A DNA stretch of 64,000 bases from Anaeramoeba ignava BMAN (taxonomy: Eukaryota > Protista > Anaeramoebae). Location of the stretch: positions 434,001 to 498,000 of the forward strand of contig JAPDFW010000044.1 in NCBI GenBank assembly GCA_028826165.1. The letters run 5' to 3'. The notes beneath the pieces were generated by a model that ran no database searches, was not told the DNA's origin, and was given only the letters and a program-made list of their open reading frames with translations. Positions 56,076 through 64,000 of the stretch are shown piece by piece; positions within the stretch are counted from its first letter, which is position 1, and each line of letters opens with the position of its first letter. Position numbers and translations under genes: made by a program.

Positions 56076-56225
56076 TCACGAAAAACATGGGAAAGTGTAT
56101 TTTCTCACTGGAAAAGAAAGAAAATTCTAAGCCAACCCGTAAAATTAGAACTCAAATTCCACAAGAAAGTAATTTGTGTATGTGCTTACTTATATAATTT
56201 GACTGCCAAAAATCGTAATTTAAGG
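56076..56225 (+). mobile_element. C-terminal fragment of an IS4/IS5/PIF-Harbinger-like transposase
   Basis: Manual translation SRKTWESVFSHWKRKKILSQPV...VICVCAYLYN shows the R-x3-E-x6-K signature and a CxxLxN tail. Confidence 0.45.
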
Positions 56226-56379
56226 AAAGAGAACCGAACCCAAACAGAACAAAAAATTTTGCTAAAAGTAAAGGAAAAAAACGAATAGAAAGAAAAAAGA
56301 AAAAAAATGAAACCATTTCAAATGATAAATCAGAAAAAAGAAATTCCGAATGAAAATATGATTGGAATCACCAATTGTC

Positions 56380-56754
56380 AAGGAGAGAATTCTCGGAATT
56401 ATAATTCCAATAAATGGAAAGGCTGAAACATTAACAACAATATTAAATTAATTTATTAAGAGAATATGAAGAGATTCTCCAAAAAGGAAACAAAAAGCAG
56501 TCATTATTTGGAAAAAAATTTCTGCGATCATTTCTGATAATTGCTACAAAATGAGAGAAGGAGATAATTCAGAAATAACAAAATTTTTCCAATTTCTCAA
56601 AGAGAGTAGCAATGCAAAATTTGTCAGCATTAGATGCATGGAGCATTTAGGGAATCTGGTATATGATTACTTGAATGGTTTTCTGGATCTTCTTGAGAAT
56701 TTATTTGTTAACAAAGGAAATGAAAATTCCTTCTCAAAAATGGTACATTCCTAA
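56380..56754 (+). mobile_element. Decayed hAT-like DDE transposase fragment (copy 1)
   Basis: ERILGIIIPINGKAETL..., SAIISDNCYKM, then IRCMEHLGNLV (second catalytic D plus CxxH). Confidence 0.65.
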
Positions 56755-57859
56755 CTTCTTTAAAAGAAAAAAAATTTGGTCGAAATCCACGAGTTTTCCC
56801 AACAAGATTTGCAACAGAAGCAATACGTTTTTCGTTATTGTTAGATTTTTATCCACAAATAGCAGAATTTGTCACACAAGAAAGGCAGACCGAACAAGTC
56901 CTTGAGTATGGATCAGATTATCTAAAGTTTCATGTATCCTTTGTGATTCTTCTTTTTGGAATTAGTTGAGAGGCTTGATTTTCTATTTATATCACGCAAA
57001 GTAATAAATTACAAACTTTTCAACAACTGAAGAATCTGATTAACCAACAAAAATATTTTATTATCTAAATTAATTCAAAATTAGTTTAAAAATGAATATA
57101 AATTTAAATAAATTTAAATAATAATATTTAATTAATTTTCTTTGTTAAATAATTTAATCCAAATTAAAATAAAAATAGAAATCAAAATAATAATAATAAT
57201 AGGATTCAAAATTAATTCCAATAAACACAAAAAAATTTATTGCAAAGGTATGTGTTTCAATTTCTTGTTCTTACATATTGGATCACAATAATAAATCTAA
57301 TTGTTTCAATGACAAATTCTTCCTAAAGAAAATGTGATTGAATATATCTCTTTTTGAATCTATTTGAAACAATCACAAAAAATTAACTAAATGAATTCTT
57401 CTTTTATTCTTTATTCAAGTATATATGCACGGAGACCACTCCTAAGAAAGAGAAGATTCAAAAAAGAATAGAAACAAAGGATAAAAAAATAGCATTTTTT
57501 GACAAAAAAGAAAAATTATTCAATAAATGAATTTAAATCCGGACAAGTTTCTGAAGAAATTCATTCAAAAAGATGTTAAATGTCAAATCCAAAGTGAATG
57601 GCTCAAAAATAGAAAGCAAACAATGAAATCCTTGATTGAAGAAAAGGAAGAATTGAAAAAATGTAAGATTTCAAAAGAAACAAAAAAAATCTCTTTAAAG
57701 AGAAAAATAAATATATACCCAAAATGAGATAAACGGCTGCATCTTTGGTTGAAATAACCTGATCATCAACAACAACAATAATCTGCTGAACTTAATTTCA
57801 ACCGAGTCTCAATATCGGGAAGTATTAGAAAAAAAATGATATTTTTGTGAATTTCGATA

Positions 57860-58410
57860 ATTTTGTCTCATCTGAAAGTAGCGTTTCAAATTTTATTAAA
57901 GAGCAAGTTCTTGCGGATAAAATTCGGAATTGGATTTTGATAGAAAAATCCAAGAATATACAAATAAGCATGTATGATGGTTCTTTTTTGATACCTATAC
58001 TCACTTAAATGACTAGGAGTGTTCAAATGGAAAACCGAGAAAATGATCAAAATAGAAAGAAAAAAAAATGAAACTAAATCAAGCGATAAACAAACATCTT
58101 AGTTAGAAAAAGGAAATCGAAGAAAATAAACCTGAGTTTATAGAAAGGTTATTGAGAATTGTTAGTCCCTTCAATTCTAAAGCCGAAACATTGAATACTA
58201 TTTTAATTCAAATATTGGGATTGTATGAAGCTCTGTAAAAATAGGGGTGAAAAGCAAAAAAATATTCCCTTTTCCAAAAAATTAATTCCTCTATTAGTGA
58301 TAGTTGCTATACAATCAGAGGTAAAAAGAATGGAGTTATCGTAAAAATTTCGGAATTTCTTTAATAATTAGGAAATATTATTTATGATCTCTCAAATCAA
58401 TTCATCGATT
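57860..58410 (+). mobile_element. Decayed hAT-like transposase fragment (copy 2, related to copy 1)
   Basis: ISMYDGS (first-D-like), ERLLRIVSPFNSKAETL, SSISDSCYTIRGKKNGV, LGNIIYD. The CxxH segment is deleted and there are several stops. Confidence 0.55.
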
Positions 58411-59329
58411 GAATCAATCAAATTATAAATGGAAATCAAAATAAAATTCGGAAAGCTGAAGATCACTATCATTATGTGACAAGAAATGAACTCTATTTAA
58501 ATCTGAATAATCTCATTAATGTAAGAAATTTTGATTCATACTTTTTTTCTTGAATTTAAAAATTAATATCAACCTATATTCCTCTCTTCATTCTCAATTC
58601 TATAATAAGAGAAAAAAAAATATAAGAGGATTCCAATTCTACTCATATTGAAGATGAAAAGAATAACAGCAATCAAATTTGGGATGTGGAAACAAAGGCT
58701 CGATGTGGGAAATCAAGATACAAAATATGATGAAAATCTAGCACAACAAATCGAAATTGATAACAAAAAGAAGGAGGAAAATCAAAACAGAATAAATTTT
58801 AATCTTAATTTTGATAATATAAGAAATATATTCTAATCTTTTTTTAACTTGATTATAACTAATAAAAACATTAAAAATTTCCACAATAATTAAAGCTTTT
58901 TCTCAATTTTCAAATCTCAAAGAATAAGAATTTTCACCATAAACACAAACATTAATAATAATTTTATAATCAAAAAATGAATTTGATTATAATTTTTAAT
59001 TGAAAAATTTAGATGTAAATATTTTTCTCTCTTGTATATCTCAAAGAATTAAATTTATCTTTTTATTTTCAAAAATAATCCTATTTAGTTTTTCATTTTA
59101 TAATTTTTATTTTTTTTTTTAATTAAAATAATTATACAAACTTAAATAAATTGTTGATAAAAAATTGTGTAATTAACACAAAGTTTTTCTGATTAGCAAT
59201 TACACTGGTATCAATTATAAATGCGGAAAGAAGTATTTGTGATGTTTGTTTCTTTTTTTTTTTGTTAATTGCGAAAAATTTATTTTTTTTTTAAAAAATG
59301 AAAAGAAAAAAATGAAAAAAATTTTAATT

Positions 59330-61680
59330 ATAATTAATTTATTATTTTGTAATAAAATTAATTAAGAAATGATTTTAAAACTTTTTATTATTAATAATAA
59401 ATAAATATAATTAAAAATAAAGAAATAAATTTAATTAAAATATTTTATTTATTATTTTATTTAATTTTTAATAATAATTAATAAAAATAAATTAATAAAA
59501 TTAATTAAGAAATGATTTTAAAACTTTTTTATTATTAATATTAAATAAATATAATTAAAAATAAAGAAATAAAATTAATTAAAATATTTTATTTATTATT
59601 TTATTTAATTTTTAATAATAATTAATTAAAAATAAATTAATAAAATTAATTAAGAAAATGATTTTAAAACTTTTTATTATTAATATTAAATAAATATTAT
59701 TAAAAATAAAGAAATAAATTTAATTAAAATATTTTATTTATTATTTTATTTAATTTTTAATAATAATTAATAAAAATAAGTTAATAAAATTAATTAAGAA
59801 ATGATTTTAAAAACTTTTTATTATTAATTATTAAATAAATATAATTAAAAATAAAGAAATAAAATTAATTAAAATATTTTATTTTTATTTTATTTAATTT
59901 TTAATAATAATTAATTTATTATTTTGTAATAAAATTAATTAAGAAATGATTTTAAAAACTTTTTATTATTAATATTAAATAAATATTATTAAAAATAAAG
60001 GAAATAAAATTAATTAAAATATTTTATTTATTATTTTATTTAATTTTTAATAATAATTAATAAAAATAAATTAATAAAATTAATTAAGAAATGATTTTAA
60101 AATGTTTTTATTATTATTAATATTAAATAAAAATTATTAAAAATTAAGAAATAAAATTTAATTAAAATATTTTATTTATTATTTTATTTAATTTTTAATA
60201 ATAATTAATAAAAAATAAATTAATAAAATTAATTAAGAAATGATTTTAAAACTTTTTTTTTATTATTAATATTAAATAAATATAATTAAAAATAAAGAAA
60301 TAAATTTAATTAAAATATTTTATTTATTATTTTATTTAATTTTTAATAATAATTAATAAAAATAAATTAATAAAATTAATTAAGAAATGATTTTAAAACT
60401 TTTTTATTATTAATATTAAATAAATATAATTAAAAATAAAGAAATAAATTTAATTAAAATATTTTATTTATTATTTTATTTAATTTTTAATTATAATTAA
60501 TAAAAATAAATTAATAAAATTAATTAAGAAATGATTTTAAAAAAACTTTTTATTATTAATATTAAATAAATATAATTAAAAATAAAGAAATAAAATTAAT
60601 TAAAAATATTTTATTTATTATTTTATTTAATTTTTAAAATAATTTAAAAATTTTTAATAAAATTAATTAAGAAATGATTTTAAAAACTTTTTATTATTAA
60701 TATTAAATAAATATAATTAAAAATAATGAAATAAAATTAATTAAAATATTTTATTTATTATTTTTATTTAATTTTTAATAATAATTATTAAAAATAAATT
60801 AATAAAATTAATTAAGAAATGATTTTAAAACTTTTTATTATTAATATTAAATAAATATAATTAAAAATAAAGAAATAAATTTAATTAAAAATATTTTATT
60901 TTATTTTTATTTTTATTATTTTTTATTTAATTTTTAATAATAATTAATAAAAATAATTAATAAAATTAATTAAGAAATGATTTTAAAAATTTATTTATTT
61001 TTTATTATTATTATTAAATAAAATAATTAAAAAAAAAGAAATAAATTTAATTAAAAATATTTTATTTATTATTTTATTTAATTTTTAATAATAATTTAAT
61101 TATTTTAATAAAATTAATTAAGAAATGATTTTAAAAGTTAATAAAAAATTAAGAAATAAATTTAATTAAAATATTTTATTTAATTTTTAATAATAATTAT
61201 TAATAAAAAAATAAATTAATTAAAAATGATTTTAAAACTTTTTATTATTATTAAAAATAAAAAAATTAAAAAAAAGAAATAAAATTTAATTAAAATATTT
61301 TTTATTTTTTTATTTTATTTAATTTTAATAATAAAATTTATTATTTTGTAATAAAATTAATTAAGAAATGATTTTAAAACTTTTTTATTATTAATATTAA
61401 ATAAATATAATTAAAAATAAAGAAATAAAATTAATTAAAATATTTTATTTATTATTTTATTTAATTTTTAATAATAATTAATAAAAATAAGTTAATAAAA
61501 TTAATTAAGAAATGATTTTAAAATGTTTTTTATTATTAATATTAAATAAATATTATTAAAAATAAAGAAATAAAATTAATTAAAATATTTTATTTATTAT
61601 TTTATTTAATTTTTAATTATAATTAATAAAAACAAATTAATAAAATTAATTAAGAAATGATTTTAAAATGCTTTTTATTA
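59330..61680. repeat. Satellite A, second array, ~145-bp unit, ~16 copies, same orientation as 47625-48540
   Basis: Same unit (ttaattaagaaatgattttaaaac...aaataaagaaataaa...), with more degenerate units at ~60900-61320. Confidence 0.9.
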
Positions 61681-61813
61681 TTAAAGCTCCACTCCCACTC
61701 CCATAATGACTCATTTTTTCTTTCCATTTTTTCTTTCCATTTTTTCTTTCCATTTTTCTTTCCATTTTTCTTTCCATTTCTTCTTTCCATTTCTTCTTTC
61801 TTTGTTTTTGAAA

Positions 61814-62173
61814 ATGGATAATATTCTTGCGCAAATTTCCCGAAAAAAATACAATTCAAATAAAAAATTTGTACAGATTCCAATCTCATTGTTTGATCAG
61901 CTAACCGAAATGAAAACTCAATTAAATTTTAAAAGTTTGGGTGATGTTATTCAGCACCTTTTTAATAATTTTCAAAACATACAAATAATCAGCGAAGATA
62001 CTGACCCAAAATTTAAGTTTTGTGAAACTGAAGTTTTTTCAAGAGGAAAACGAAAAAAAGATTATGGAGAATCAGATATAATTGAAAAAATATCTTTATT
62101 TAAAGTAGCCCGATCATTGAGTAAAAAAGAAGTGGATCCACTTGTGATGAAATTTGGATCCAGATTTTTTTGA
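61814..62173 (+). CDS. Small ORF with a ribbon-helix-helix-like segment; probably a transposon accessory fragment
   Basis: KFVQIPISLFDQLTEMKTQLNFKSLGDVIQHLF shows strand-helix-helix patterning. Pattern recognition only. Confidence 0.3.
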   Translation: MDNILAQISRKKYNSNKKFVQIPISLFDQLTEMKTQLNFKSLGDVIQHLFNNFQNIQIISEDTDPKFKFCETEVFSRGKRKKDYGESDIIEKISLFKVARSLSKKEVDPLVMKFGSRFF

Positions 62174-62330
62174 TTTGGAAAAAAAAATAAAAGGAGAAAA
62201 AAAGAAAAAAGTTTGAACGAAAACTATTCAAGAATCAAATTTCTCAAATTTCAGTTTAAAAGCAGAATGAAAATTTTTTTTTCTTTCATTTCTCTTTAAT
62301 GAGATCTGTTGAAGATTATAAAAAAAAAAA

Positions 62331-62550
62331 ATTCCCATAAACACATAAAAAGCAATTAATGTAATTGGGGATAAATGGGAAACTTTTTTAAAAGCCGAGA
62401 ATATTATTTTAGAACAATCAGACCTTAGAGATACTATTTGTAGATTTTTCATCCAATTAAAAAGAAAAGATGGAAAAGAATATAAACTAAAAACTTATAG
62501 GAGTTATTGCTCTAACCTTTTATCATTTCTCAATCAAAAAAAATTAGATT
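62331..62550 (+). mobile_element. Crypton-like (tyrosine recombinase, DUF3504/ZMYM-type) N-terminal fragment
   Basis: Manual translation IPINT*KAINVIGDKWETFL...LRDTICRFFIQLKRKDGKEYKLKTYRSYCSNLLSFL matches the LxxFxxxxRKxDGxxY...LxxYL pattern. No catalytic domain follows. Confidence 0.55.
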
Positions 62551-63149
62551 CGTTAATTAAATTTTTGAAAAAATTTTTTTTTTTCTTTTTTTTTAAATAA
62601 TAAAAATCAACTTTCCCACATTACATTTCATTTTTAATTTTTTTCATTTTTATTTTCAAATTTTTTCTAAGTTGGTTTTTCTCTTCCTTTCCCTTCTTGT
62701 TAAAAAATGGAAACCCAAGAAATTTATCAAATATTACAGGATTTAAATAAATTGGCAAAGTGGGATGAAATTTGTTCATTATTTTTAATTTTTTCAGAAA
62801 TTGTATCTCCAAATATCCAAATAGAGAAAATTGGTGAAATTTTAGAAACCCTTCAAGAAATAACTAAAAAAGAATACATTTCATCTCAGGTCCATTATTG
62901 GGCAATTTCTTCTCTTGAAAAATTCATCCACCAAAATCTCCTGACACAAATTTCTCAATCATTTCCCGACTTGGATATCGAGAATATCCTTTATCATACA
63001 CACAAATTTTGTATATTTTTCTCTAATAAATATTAAAAAAAGCCTTACTTTTTTATTTCTCAAAAAACTCAAAAATTGTTTCTCGGAGACAATAGGAATG
63101 AAAAAGAAAAAGAAAATCAAAAACAAAATGAATTAAAAAATTCAGAAAA

Positions 63150-63780
63150 TTGTATGAAAACGACCACGAAATGAGATCAGCATTTAACATCGGAACCAAA
63201 ATTGTAGGAATCAGTATCTCGAAATTTTATAGATTCCTCAACTTATTTGATATTAAAACACAAAATAGATTACAAGATTATTGTGACGAAATCAAATTCA
63301 AATTAACTCCAATCGTTAATCACATGGCAGAATCAATTCTAGATTCATCTGCAGAGGAACTAGAACAATCTACTGATCCTTCATCAACACAAATCATGGA
63401 ACACATGAAAAATCATTTTATATCTGATAAAGATATTGATAAAATCGCTAACTGCTCAAGAAAGTTATTTATTAATAAAGAATTGACAGATTGATCTTCT
63501 CTTCTAGATCTCAAAGAAAAAATACATCAATTAGTCACAAGTAAGGAAAGAAAAAATCCAAAAATCAAAAGAAAAAAAACATTCAACAGATAAAAAAATC
63601 ACAAACAAAGAGGAGGAAGCATTTTTCGAAATTATTCTCTCAGATTTCACTATTATCAAAAAATTAATATTTTGTCGGTATGATCTCTCCACTCGTCATT
63701 GTGAATCTTTTCTCAGCATTTTAAATAATTATAGAGAGAAATCAAAAGATTTTCCAAATTATGATCTTCTCAATAAAATC
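63150..63780 (+). mobile_element. Internally deleted Mutator-like transposase remnant
   Basis: AFNIGTKIVGISISKFYRFLNLFDI...IVNHMAESILDSSAEE, and later CRYDLSTRHCESFLSILNNYREKSKDF (terminal E motif). The central DD region is not seen. Confidence 0.45.
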
Positions 63781-64000
63781 CCAATGATAGATGGGAATTC
63801 CAATCACAAATCAGAAAAAAATAAATTGATGGAATATGAAAAGAGAAGTCGATCAAAGAAAATCACTTCAACCGAAAAATCTCAGAAAAAAAAAAGAAAA
63901 AAAATTGAGTATGGAAACCACTTTTTAATATTTTTCTTTCCAAAATTTATACGTCTCATTCAAATTCATGTTTAACCTATTTGTTCCGTTAATAGAAGGT

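Noticed and set aside
47625-61680. The two satellite A blocks as LTRs or TIRs of one large element
   Set aside because: They are tandem arrays of unequal copy number in direct orientation, without TG...CA ends, and enclose unrelated fragments.
62707-63036. 109-aa ORF METQEIYQIL...
   Set aside because: No recognisable motif, so no call can be supported.

Overview
Very AT-rich eukaryotic (protist) genomic DNA with GT-AG introns and the standard genetic code. The style (N/Q microsatellite exons, ankyrin-BTB gene, inteins in nuclear genes) suggests an Anaeramoeba-like metamonad; this is inference only. The left ~47.4 kb is gene-dense: PCID2, a divergent actin, an HR1-like plus 5xSH3 protein, SRP54, eEF2, SMCR8-like, cytoplasmic dynein heavy chain, ankyrin-BTB, and a giant DUF3638/DUF3645 helicase-like gene. 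The right ~16.5 kb has no recognisable host gene: two arrays of a ~145-bp satellite, a ~335-bp satellite, and decayed transposon fragments of many classes. The main observation is that the dynein heavy chain carries three in-frame inteins, each inserted exactly between Lys and Thr of the Walker A motif of AAA1, AAA3 and AAA4, while AAA2 is empty. The AAA1 and AAA3 inteins are sister copies with a class-3 (W/C/T) signature despite starting with Ser. The AAA4 intein is an unrelated Cys1 class-1 type. All three LAGLIDADG endonucleases look dead. Removing 6 introns, 2 apparent homopolymer indels and 948 aa of intein leaves ~4595 aa, a normal dynein length. Intein expansion in Anaeramoeba is already published, so the novelty of this locus must be checked. 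All alignments and counts were done by eye, and single-base frameshifts in conserved genes are probably assembly errors.
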